Source of the DNA: Lytechinus pictus
Lineage: Eukaryota
Length of the DNA stretch: 64,000 nucleotides
Direction of reading: 5' to 3'
NCBI RefSeq assembly: GCF_037042905.1
Contig: NC_087263.1
Location: 12,836,001-12,900,000 of the forward strand
In this document: in pieces, positions 49,257-61,139 of the stretch
Numbering within the stretch: the first letter of the stretch is position 1
Layout: every line of letters starts with the position of its first letter
Made by a program: the position numbers and the translations under genes
The notes under the pieces: model-generated
What the model saw: only the letters and a program-made list of their open reading frames with translations
Databases searched by the model: none
What the model was told of the DNA's origin: nothing

Positions 49257-52200
49257 GCGAAATTATTTTTCCCACCGAGTTCTGGACCAACATATGAATA
49301 TTCATGACTTGCGTCTTCGGATTAAGAGTACGCATGCGCGTGGACTCTGCCTCGACCAGTGATGGTCGTAAGCATTCACGTTCAGTTGCTCAGAATGAAT
49401 ACTAGCATCGTCAAATTACTGGTACTCTTCCATAGTTACATATGCCTTATATATCCAATTCTTAAACACTTTTCAAACTAGCTGCCATTAATGGCAAGAC
49501 ATGTGCTAGGCTAGGGCTCGCTTAGGCTAGCGCATTAACTTTACCTCAAATCTGGACCTGTCTAATGCCTAGTACTAATCAGTGTTGTAGTGCCTTGGCC
49601 TTGAACATTCAAGCCTTGGCCTTGGCCTTGAGGATTTTGAGCCTTGAAATTTCAAGGCATTTTCAAGGCATTTTCAAGGCATTTTGTATTATGTACTTTC
49701 ATTTGTTTTATAAGTAATTATAAATGTTTCAGTTTTTTTATTTTTTTATTTAATGACACTAATGGTCAATACTACCAGTCACCAGTAACATCAGCAGCAG
49801 CAGTAGTATGTGTACTTGCAGTGTCATCAATTGTAATTGTCACCATTATCAAGAATTTTCAAACAAAGAATACATCAGTTATGAAAAATAGCATTATGTA
49901 TTGGTAATGTGTTGTAATCATGACTAATGATGTTAATGACAGTAAATAATAATGATCAAGATCAAGATAATAGTGCTTTGATGACAAGAATAAATTTGAC
50001 ATCTGACTGCAATTTTGACAACAATATTCATACTTTAAACATAGCTAACTCTAACGCACGATAACAAGGTTGATTTCTATTCCATTAGGATTTTCCTTGT
50101 ATTATTTTCTTTGGCCAACAAGAATGAAAAGATTTGGTAAAGTTGAACACAGTCTTCAATTTTGTCATATCCAAATGGGTTATGTCAATGGCATGATGAG
50201 CCAGAAACTTTGAGGGGCCAAGTATGGCATGTAGAGCAAAATTTCTGTCAAAAAAAAGAAGAAAGCGATTGAAGCGAGCGAGTGAACAAAATTTGTCCCC
50301 CTCTTTCTATAGGAAAAGCTAATTTTGCGATAGATTGTTTAAAAAATAATATCACATTTACTCTATCTTTTCATTTCCCTTCCCCCTTATCTAAGTGTAT
50401 TCTTGGTGGTGGAACTTCTTCTTCTCTCTATCTCTTTTCTAAATTGTATATTTGTTTTGGGTCAGATTGACAAAACAAAGGGGGAAAATGTTTACTTCTT
50501 TTTAATCATATATCGTTCAACAGTGAATTTAATTTCTCTACAGTTTCAAGGAAATAAACAACGTATTTGTTTTTGTGTCAATATGGTTTCAAGAAATAAT
50601 GATTAATAAAAAAAAGTAATTGAATAATTAATCATTATTAATATTATCAACAAGTATTAATAATTAATGATTGATTAACTGTTTAAAGAAATAATTAAGA
50701 TTTACCCTCTCCCAACTAAGGGTATGGGGTGCGCCCTGTTTACTTTATATCCTTTTGAATATAACTTTATTTTGTTAGTATTCTTTATTCTGTTTTTTTA
50801 AGGTAAAATAAGTGTAGAAGATACAAGAAATGAGAATTGAAATTTAAAAGTGGTTGTAAGCAGAAAAAAAAAGAAAGCTGACAAGAGTCCTAAAAATTAC
50901 TTATCTTCAGTTTAAGCATTTAAAAATTTTAACTTGCGTTTTGTGCTCTCTAGCCCCCCCCCCCCCCCAAAAAAAAAAAAATCCCTGTAGGATTTTTATT
51001 TCCAAATGAAATATGCCCTTTTTAAAAAAGAAATATACCTTCTTTAATAATAAAACATAATACATTTTAGGTTCGAAAATCACAGATTTTGAATCGTGCT
51101 TGCATCAATTATTGTTTAGTACAGTACTAATCCTGCTCATGGTTACAAAAATGTATAGAATGTTGCTTAATGGTTGGAATATCACAAATTTTTGGCTGGC
51201 TTCCTGCACTCGCATCAATTATTGTACTCGTTCTCTTTCCGTTCACAAAAAAAAATGCTTAGAGTGTCCAGTTTTCAGGTTGGAATATCACAAATTTTTG
51301 AGCTCGCGCTTTGCGCTCACACTTTTTATAAGGCTTATGAGATTATTTCATGTTTATGTTGTTTTATAAGAATAAAACTAAGAAGTGACTGATCGGGGAA
51401 AACATAGGTGAAATAATTTCGGGCCCCGTCCCCTATTGGCGAAAGTCCGATCCGCCCTCGTGACACATACACACACCCCGGAAAAAATGGCCGGTGGCCC
51501 CCCCCCCCGAAAAAGCAAGGACCCCCCAGTGCCCCCCCCCCCATAAAAAAATCCTAGCTACGCCACTGCATTGCATGGAACGTATTATAACGTCAGACAC
51601 AAACTAACGTCAGTGATCTTGATCCCCGTCTTCCCCCCCAAATTAAGGATTTCTTAGCTGAAACAAAATTGACAAGCAAAAAAAAAAGATCTTCACGTTC
51701 AAAAGAGGGGACATAAGTCTTTTTTGTTGCATTTTGACATTACAAATTATTGATTTGGCTTCTCAAAGGGGGGAGGGCACGTCCCCTGGATCAGTTGTAA
51801 ATTGTCAGGGGGCAGTCTGCGCCCCCCCCCCTCCCTTGGTACACTAGTTGTTACATGCTGATACAGCGTAGATCAGAGTCTAGATCTAGAGACTAGACTA
51901 GAACTAAGATATTTTTTAGATCTAGGACTGGTTCTGTATACGGACTAGAAATATTAAACCATGTTAAATAAAATCAAACGTAAAGTTCGGAATTTGGTTC
52001 GAAGTTTTAAACCATGGCATTAGTCGGCTATTACTATAGTATTAGGCATTAGACAGGTCCAGATTTGAGGTAAAGTTAATGCGTTAGCCTAAGCTAGCCC
52101 TAGCCTAGCACGGTTACACTTCGTAATTCCGAAGGTTCGTAATTCCGAAGGTTCTTTATTCCGAAGGTTCGTAATTCCGAAACACGAAAATTGCCTTTAC

Positions 52201-53986
52201 CTCGATGTTCGTTAATCCGAAAACGTAAAAGGGTTCGTTAATCCGAACATTTGTGGCGTTATTCCGAAGGTTCGATAATCCGAAAACGAAATAAGGTTCG
52301 TTAATCATTTCGTTTTCGGACTAACAAACCTTTGGAATTACGAATCTCATTTCGTTTTCGGATTAACGAACCTTCGGAATTACGAACCTCACTTCGTTTT
52401 CGGACTAAGGAACCTTCGGAATTACGAACCTCATTTCTTTTTCGGACTAACGAACCTTCGGAATTACGAACCTTCGGAAATACGAACCTTCGGAATAACG
52501 AAGCTTCGGAATTACGAATGTATGCGGCCTAGGACATGTCTTGCCATCATTAATACTTGTTGATAATATTAATGATAATTAATTATTCAATTACTATTTT
52601 TTTATTAATCATTATTTCTTGAAACCATATTGACACAAAAACAAATACGTTGTTTATTTCCTTGAAACTGTAGAGAAATTAAATTCACTGTTGAACGATA
52701 TATGATTAAAAAGAAGTAAACATTTTTCCCCTTTGTTTTGTCAATCTGACCCAAAACAAATATACAATTTAGAAAAGAGATAGAGAGAAGAAGAAGTTCC
52801 ACCACCAAGAATACACTTAGATAAGGGGGGAAGGGAAAGGAAAAGATGGAGTAAATGTGATATTATTTTTTAAACAATCTATCGCAAAATTAGCTTTTCC
52901 TATAGAAAGAGGGGGACAAATTTTGTTCACTCGCTCGCTTCAATCGCTTTCTTCTTTTTTTTTGACAGAAATTTTGCTCTATATGCCATGCTTGGCCCCT
53001 CAAAGTTTCTGGCTCATCATGCCATTGACATAACCCATTTGGATATGAAAAAATTGAAGACTGTGTTCAACTTTACCAAATCTTTTCAGAATATCATGAA
53101 GACTTAAAACATTCTTGTTGGCCAAAGAAAATAATACAAGGAAAATCCCAATGGAATAGAAATCAACCTTGTTATCGTGCTTTAGAGTTAGCTATGTTTA
53201 AAGTACGAAAATTGTTGTCAAAATTGCAGTCAGATGTCAAATTTATTCTTGTCATCAAAGCACTATTATCTTGATCTTGATCATTATTATTTACTGTCAT
53301 TTTCATCATTAGTCATGATTACAACACATTACCAATACATAATGCTAATTTTCATAACTGATGTATTCTTTGTTTGAAAATTCTTGATAATGGTGACAAT
53401 TACAATCGATGACACTGCTAGTACACTTACTACTGCTGCTGCTGCTAATGTTACTGGTGACTGGTAGTATTGACCATTATAGTGTCATTAAACATTAAAA
53501 AAACGACTGAAACATTTATAATTACTTATAAAACAAATGAAAGTACATAATACAAAATGCCTTGAAAATGCCTTGAAAATGCCTTGAAATTTCAAGGCTC
53601 AAAATCCTCAAGGCCAAGGCCAAGGCTTGAATGTTCAAGGCCAAGGCACTACAACACTGATTAGTACTAGGCATTAGACAGGTCCAGATTTGAGGTAAAG
53701 TTAATGCGCTAGCCTAAGCGAGCCCTAGCCTAGCACATGTCTTGCCATTAATGGCAGCTAGTTTGAAAAGTGTTTAAGAATTGGATATATATAAGGCATA
53801 TATGTAACTATGTAAGAGTACCGGTAATTTGACGATGCTAATATTCATTCTGAGCAACTGAACGTGAATGCTTACGACCAGCACTGGTCGAGGCATAGTC
53901 CACGCGCATGCGTACTCTTAATCCGAAGACGCAAGTCATGAATATTCATATGTTGGTCCAGAACTCGGTAGGAAAAATAATTTCGC
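49257..53986. mobile_element. 4.73-kb foldback / Mutator-like non-autonomous element with ~1.4-kb inverted arms and 9-bp TSD
   Basis: Ends gcgaaattattttt / aaaaataatttcgc; arms 49257-50660 and 52550-53986 (near-identical mirrored ORFs 50403+ and 52605-); TSD ggcccgggt at 49248-49256 and 53987-53995. Confidence 0.9.
52111..52526. mobile_element. Palindromic MITE built from ttcgtaattccgaagg repeats
   Basis: cggttacacttcgtaattccgaag ... cttcggaattacgaatgtatgcg; 8-bp TSD gcctagca/gcctagga; the empty site is visible at 53728-53748. Confidence 0.85.
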
Positions 53987-54514
53987 GGCCCGGGTTCGAT
54001 TCCCGGCAGAGACATTTTTTCGGCATTACCAATTTTTCCAAAGGGTAGATAGCTCTGGGGAACCTTGATTTAAGCTACGCCTACCATTGTTCTCTTCATC
54101 CATTTCTTTACAATATTTAAATAAAAAGAGTTGCCAAAGCTGTTGTACATGTATAACTTTACACATTTGTATACGTTCCCCCTACGTGTACTGTATCAAA
54201 GCAATAGCTTTGATCCAGCTGAAGCATGGCGGCTTGTCATTGTTCGAAACCCACCTTCACCCGACAAAGGAAATTATAATTGATATAGTGTCGAAAATTT
54301 GTCTATCTGACGGTCAATCGGATCGGGGTCGCCCTAGCCACTTACCCGTCTCTGTGGTCTAGTGGTTAAGGCACCGGCGTTCAAAGCTGGGGGCCCGGGG
54401 TCGATTCCCGGCAGAGACATTTTTTCGGCATTACCAATTTTTCCAAAGGGTAGATAGCTCTGGGGAACCTTGATTTAAGCTACGCCTACCATTGTTCTCT
54501 TCATCCATTTCTTT

Positions 54515-54520
<6 letters not shown>
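53987..54520 (+). repeat. Tandem ~406-bp tRNA-containing repeat (about 1.3 units), ending in (TA)n
   Basis: 53991-54116 is repeated at 54396-54521. Confidence 0.88.
54348..54419 (+). tRNA. tRNA-like cloverleaf (tRNA-Glu-like body, TCA at anticodon position), repeat-borne; functionality unknown
   Basis: GTCTCTG-TG-GTCT-AGTGGTTA-AGGC-A-CCGGC-GTTCAAA-GCTGG-GGGC-CCGGG-GTCGATT-CCCGG-CAGAGAC-A followed by TTTTTT; all four stems pair; atypical G32 and G54 (the split copy 49204-49256/53996-54014 keeps T54). Confidence 0.5.
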
Positions 54521-54551
<31 letters not shown>

Positions 54552-54612
54552 GTATATACACACACACGACCACCCTCACATACACACCCACACACACACA
54601 CATATATATATA

Positions 54613-54778
54613 TATGGTGTGTACATGTTGTTTGTGTATGTAATGTAATAACGATGATGGATTGCAAAACTGAATAATGAAAAACATGCAGTGGCCCATA
54701 CGATTTTCATTAATTGACTTTCTTTCTTTTGGTGTAGTTGAGGTCGTTCGGCTTTCAATCAATCAAGTTGGACCCATA
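54613..54778 (+). repeat. Direct repeat flanking the Penelope-like element (partner 57102-57305); possible pseudo-LTR
   Basis: aaaaacatgcagtggcccatacgatttt...gtagttgaggtc.ttcggctttcaatcaat...ttggacccata present at both sites. Confidence 0.7.
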
Positions 54779-54786
54779 CAGATATA

Positions 54787-54839
<53 letters not shown>

Positions 54840-54919
54840 ATATACATATATATATATGTATATATGATCACGATCATATATATATATGTATATATGTATA
54901 TATTATATATATATATAAA

Positions 54920-54972
<53 letters not shown>

Positions 54973-55020
54973 GATATATATATATATATATGATATATAT
55001 ATCATATATATATGTATATA

Positions 55021-56705
55021 TGATCACGATCCAACAGATGACCATCAGCTAGATGTGAAGGAAACTGTTACATCTCTCATTTACAGCCAGAAGCTACCCA
55101 AGGAAGCCAGGCATCTCCTTCAGAGGAATCCCAAATCCGCCATTTTTTATATGCTTCCTAAAATACATAAGGTGGGAAATCCTGGGCGCCCGATTGTTTC
55201 TACGATAAACTGTCCCACTGAGCTCATCAGTGAATATTTGGATAGTATCTTCTTTCCTATTGTGAAGGGTCTTCCGACCTACGTAAGAGACTCGTCAGAG
55301 ATGATCCAGACTCTTGAGACTATCACACTCCCAGAGCATGGAGAGAAGTTACTTTTCACTTTAGATGTCAAGTCTCTCTATACCATCATCCCCCGATCAG
55401 ATGGCTTCAATGCTATTCGTTTCTTTCTACGGAGTCATCAATCAGCTAACAGACCTGACGAGGACACTATAGTGCGCTTGACTGACCTCGTTCTCACACG
55501 TTCAGCATTCGGCTTCAATGGTAAATACTACAAACAGAAGAAGGGCGTGAGGATGGGTACTAAGATGGGACCTTCTCATGCTTGCCTGTTTATGGGATAC
55601 ATCGAAAGCAGGTTCTTGTCTAATTACGAAGGGCCCAAACCTCTGCTTCTACGAAGATATATTGATGATTATCTTGGAATCGCAGTGTCGTCCAAGGATG
55701 AAGTTATGGAATTCATTGACAGACTTGGCAGCATGCATCCTTCAGTTTAACTTACCAACGAAGTGTCAGACGCCAGTGTGGCTTTCTTGGACCTCAAAGT
55801 CACAATCGAAGGCTCGGGTATCACCACGTCAGTGCATTACAAGCCCACTGATTCCCATGCTTACCTGAACTACGCATCTTCACATCCTCCTGCTTGCAAG
55901 AATTCCATTCCCTTCTCTCAACTTTCTCGCATCCGTCGTATTTTACAGAGGAAGATGACTACAACCAACGAGCAGATGAAATGCAACATTTCTTCAAGCA
56001 ACGAGGATACCCGGATGAGATACATCCACACGTGCGGATTTCCTTCGGCCCAAGCAGCAGAAGCACGTTTCAGGAAGGATTCCGTTAGTCGCCAGTTACC
56101 ATCCCACTAGTGAACGCCTTGCCAAGTCCGTGAGGGATAACTTTCACATCTTAACCGAGCATCCTGCCACTACGGAAATTTTCTGCGAGCCCCCTCTGAC
56201 TTCGTTCCGGAAGGACAAGAACCTACGCCAGCTCATCGTAAAATCCGATCTCATTCCGATCAATGCTACATGTGGTGTCGGAAGCAAACCATGTAGAAGA
56301 CCTCGCTGCAACACGTGTGAGGTAATTTCACCAGTGACAGAGATATTCGGACCAAAGGGTACCTGGCATATCTACGGATCTTTCACATGTGTCACCAAGG
56401 ATTGCATATATTGCATCTACTGCTCCAAGTGCAAGGCGATCTACATCGGAGAAACGAAGAGGAGGCTTGCTGACAGAGTGACGGAACATCTTCGCTCCAT
56501 CAGGATCAAGTCAGCAGGGTTGCCGGTAGCCCATCATTTTACCCAACCGGACCATAACATCGGGTACTTCAAGGTGTGCGTTCTTCTGACTGGTTTTCGT
56601 TCAGATAGGGCAAGGAAAGAGAAGGACGAACGCCTCATCCACTCTCTCGGCTCTCTCCAACCTGATGGAATGAATGTGTCTTTCCACTCCTTTCCCGTGG
56701 TTTGA
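55021..56705 (+). pseudogene. Penelope-like retroelement (Neptune-type) ORF: 5'-truncated RT + Cys-rich linker + C-terminal GIY-YIG endonuclease, disrupted
   Basis: [53 protein letters not shown]...K.SIPFSQ; linker CRRPRCNTC; IYCIYCSKCKAIYIGETKRRL..R..EH; GMN. In-frame TAA at 55748 and frameshifts near 55945 and 56030-56070; 5' end joins a (TA)n tract. Confidence 0.93.
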
Positions 56706-57090
56706 TTTATTTCTCTCCCCCCCCCTCTCTCTCTCTCTCTCTCTTGCTTCCCTTTCTTCCTTTCTTTCTGTTGTCCTTCCCTTTCTTTTTCTTATTTTTA
56801 TTTCTTTTTCTTTTTTTTAAATTCTTTTTCTTCTTTTTTCTCTTACTTCTTTCTCCCCATCTGTCCTCTATTTCTGCCCCCTTCTCTCCCTCTCTCTTTT
56901 TTCCTCTAGTCGTTTTCCTTTTCCCTTTTCCCTTTTCCTTTTGTCTCCCCGGCTTTTTCTTCTTATTCTTTTTTTTTCTTCTTCTTCCTTTTTTCCCCTT
57001 CCCCTTTCTTTCTTTTTCTTTTTATTTCTCTCTTTCTCTCTCTTTTCTTTTGTACTGTTGCACTTCGTGTTTTACCTTTTCATTCTCTTA
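56706..57090 (+). repeat. Polypyrimidine tract in the 3' region of the Penelope-like element
   Basis: ~380 nt almost entirely C/T directly after the GIY-YIG stop codon. Confidence 0.85.
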
Positions 57091-57617
57091 TATATATATA
57101 TACATGGTGTGTATATGGTGTGTGTGTGTGTATGTAATGTTGAACAAAAAATCGGGATGATGTATTGCAAAATTAAATAATTAAAAACATGCAGTGGCCC
57201 ATACGATTTTGATTAATTGACTCTTTCTTTTGTCGTAGTTGAGGTCTTTCGGCTTTCAATCAATGGATATTCAAGCTTCGTAATAGGTCCATGCTTGGAC
57301 CCATATAGCTTACAATGCAGCAATTCCGAGAAATTGCAAGTCTCATCTTCTCACTCTTTTTAGAATTCCCCACCATTTTCGGCACAGACTAATGATTTAT
57401 CTTGAATCTATACTTAGGTATTCCACCTATTTCAGTAGCAGTAGTAGTTGTAGAAGTAATTTTTTTTCATTGATGATAAACGTGATAAGGAGGTAAAAAC
57501 TGATTAACTTGTTTAGAAAAATATAAACAAAATCAAATGAAGTATATGGAAATAAAAAAGACCCAAATAATACCCCTCGCCAAACTGATTCAAAGACGGA
57601 GGATGGTTCTTTATATA

Positions 57618-58337
57618 CAGTGCGTATCAAAAAAAAAGTTAACACTTTGAAATAGCCCTGGGAATTAAAAAATATACAATATGTGGGTAATTTTTCACAT
57701 ATAATCTTAGGTTTGGGTCTCATCTATCCAATGAAAGTAAAGGTTTTGACAGAATGTTACACTTGAGTGAGCACTGTCCATTTTTGTAAAGCTCGCAGAA
57801 ATTTTTTCACTAAGTTTTTATCATTCAAAGTGGGTTTACATTTCATTTTTTATTTGATACTTGTTTCTCCACACCTTTTCCAAGCTTGACAATGATTAAC
57901 AAAATGAAAATCAAGCCTAAGCCATTTCATGTAAATCACAGCTCAGTGTAAATCAAATATCGTCACGATGGCCTCGGTGTGTGGGGGAGTGGGATTGGGC
58001 GCAATGCACTCTTTGAAGCGTTTTGGGCAAGGAAATAAGTTAAAAAGGTAAAAGATATCTTCAAATCAATTTTACTAGCTAAATTCAACGTGTTCTTCAT
58101 GATTAAGGTCTACTTTTATTCACATAACTATTTCAAAGCTCTGCGCAAATCATTTTTCACTAACTTTTCAAAAGTAAGTGGTGCTCACTCAAGCGGAAAT
58201 ATTTTTCGACAGTTATATCGTCATTTGCTTTAATGGATCTGTACCAATGTTGAATTGTGGAAAAATCTTCATGATATTACAAATGTATAATTTTACAGGA
58301 TTTTTTCTAAGTGTAAACTTTTTTTTGATACGCACTG
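57618..58337. mobile_element. Tc1/mariner-type MITE
   Basis: ta|cagtgcgtatcaaaaaaaa ... ttttttttgatacgcactg|ta. Confidence 0.9.
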
Positions 58338-58683
58338 TATAACCCCATCTTGTATGCAATTTATATCCCTTAATTCCACACATCGGTACCCGAAATAATT
58401 CGTTTATCTATTTTATTTATTTAATTTGTTCAAATATATATTGACAGAATAACAATATCAGAATGAGATATTAACAAATTTTAAACACTTTAATGATACT
58501 GAGAATTTACATGCAAGAACAAACCCCAATGCGTATTGGACACAGACACAAAATCATTGGGTGGCATTCTGCTAGCCATGGTTGTGGATTAACTTCGACC
58601 ACATTTTTTAAGGATTGCCAGTTGTCAACTTATTCACCAATTAAAAATAATTCGTACCTTGAATAAGGAACAAAAACTAAATT

Positions 58684-58995
58684 GGCCCGGATTCTGAAGT
58701 CAGGTTTAACTTAAACTCAGGTTTAAAGTTGTGGCTTAAGTACGGGAAGCCAAAAGTATCAAATTTGTTTATTAAGTTGAACGTTTCTTATGTTTACTAT
58801 GCTCTTTCCTGATTCGTCGATGGTGAAGACAATAATCTATTGATACTTCCTAGACAATTATGAACGATTTGAGAGCCAAATGAGCTGAAATATGATATCT
58901 CTACCGTTAGTGATTTATGTAAAAATTGGCTATCCATACTTAAACCATAACTTTAAACCTGAGTTTATGTTAAACCTGCTATCAGAATACGGGCC
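58684..58995. mobile_element. Harbinger-type MITE with ~65-bp TIRs
   Basis: ggcccggattctgaagtcaggtttaacttaaactcaggtttaaagtt ... aactttaaacctgagtttatgttaaacctgctatcagaatacgggcc. Confidence 0.82.
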
Positions 58996-61139
58996 AAAAT
59001 GGGTGGTAAAATGGGCAGATAAGGAAAGGACACACAATATCATGAATTTTAATGAATTGATTGATGCATTATGATTGTCACAAATATGGAAGAAATGTGG
59101 TTTCAAATTAGTTTTTTAATTATTAATTTTTGCACCACCACACACGACAGATTCAAGAACACAGTAAATGTAAGCCTATTGAAAATGCCCGTCAAATGAT
59201 AAAGAACAGCGGGGAGGTAGTCGTCGAAAATTTGTGAACCGGAAAAGCAGTTTCCTTCTTTGTTTAGGAGCTGACGAATATGCAAATATGTCGTTTGTCC
59301 AGAGTCTGGGATAAAACTACTTGTTTAGATTGACCTATTTTCAACAAAGACCTGTTGGTTGCAATTTCTCATGAGGGACAATTGACAACACATGTTCTTT
59401 GTTCTAAGACCCATCGTTTTTCGGGAAGCAAATTCTCTCTAGCATCCCAAGTGGATACAAACATATTACATTGGCATGTTTACAAATTCAATTTCTGAAA
59501 TAAAAGATATTTGGCGCGGTATCCTTGGTTTTCACATAATATACATTGTTAAAACACCATTTCATAAACATGGGTTAGGATGGAATATCAAGAATATGTC
59601 TAACGTATAGGTATTTTCTTTTTTAAATAAAATGACGATATGGATCTGAATCAAATAATCGGCTTTCAGGTCATCAGTGATTTATTTCAGCTCAGAGGAG
59701 TTTTTGTAATGATTGGGACTAATGACTAGAAGTGGTATAATTAAGCCTATGTTTAACTATATAGAATTTTAATCCACACTTCTAATGAATGCTGGATTCA
59801 TAATATTCCATCCATATTTGTGGCATATACCAATAAATTCAATAAAATTCATTATATTTGTGTAATTTCTCATTCTTTTCATTTCACTTCTCAATTGATA
59901 TTGACATTTTTTTGCAGCAGGATAAGAACAATTTTTAATTTGTGAATTAAGTATACAACTCGCACTATATAAAGGCGTGGTCTAATTTAACCCAGGTTTC
60001 ACTAAGCCCTGGATAACGGGATACCACCCTTTGGCGGTATTCTGAGGCCATTTTATCTTTTTAAAAGACGAAAAATAAGAAAAGGAACAATGATTTTATC
60101 TTTAAAATAAAATTGGTATTCTGAGATCACTTGTTTATTTCTCTGATAAAAATATAAAATGATATAATATAATATTATCTGAGATAAACTTGAATCTTGC
60201 GAAGATGTTGGAAACACATGATGTATTACGTGACAAGTGTGAACATAATTGATGTAGATAAAGAAATAAAGAAATGAGACAACAGTGACCCCTAGATGGC
60301 CTTTGACCCGTATCCTCTTCAACAACACGCATTTGGTATGACCCAAGGATCATTTTAATCAAATGTGATCAAAATTGATGCAGAAATAAAGAAATGAGAG
60401 GAGGTTGAACCAAAACTTCAATAAAGGATGAACATGACCTCATATCATTTGACCGTTTGACCCTTAGATGACCTTTGACCCCATCATTCTCATTTTGGTC
60501 ACATGTGGTATTACCAAATAAATATATGAAGCAAGTATGAACATAGTTGATGCCAAAAAATAAAGAAATGAGGGCAAATTGAACACAAACTTTTTCATTT
60601 TCGAACAGACCTTTGGACTAAAGGACTAATAGACCAACGAACTAACGGACCAACAGGCGAGACAAAAAAAAAATCATTTAATCAGAGAAATTCTTATGTT
60701 AACGACGGGTTTGCGTACAATGTAAGCGCATTTGAATTTAATAAGTGAGGAAAGGATTTCCATTGGTTAAACAAGATGAGAGTGCTATAGAACAGCCTTT
60801 CCCATTGGATATTGCTTCATAAATAGGCATGTACTCCAGATATAGAATGAATATAAAATGTGTCTGAGAATACACCTATTCGAAAAGATTTGAAGAGTAT
60901 TTTATCTGTCGGAGATATATGAAAGATTATTTTTCTGAGATTGAATGGATCTCAGAATATCACCTTCGCTGTATTGACCGATCATCCTTATGGGCTGGGG
61001 GTGGTTTATCAAATTAACAAGGATCAACATATCTCTGTTATTAAAGATATGATACACATGTCATTGCTCAGGATTTAAAATAATCGCACCTGCTACCTTC
61101 GAAACCGTCCAAACGGTCGTGGTGTTGCCTCTGAGCTGT

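Noticed and set aside
54260..54305. Hammerhead ribozyme in the tRNA-containing repeat (cccgacaaagg...tcgaaaatttgtc)
   Set aside because: Spacing resembles PLE minimal hammerheads, but the core reads CCGACAA rather than CTGANGA and stems II/III are unconvincing.
54348..54419. Selenocysteine tRNA gene
   Set aside because: 4-nt variable loop and standard 7/5 stems are incompatible with tRNA-Sec.
54677..55020. N-terminal third of the 357-aa ORF
   Set aside because: YIYI repeats are read-through of a (TA)n microsatellite; real RT homology starts near 55021.
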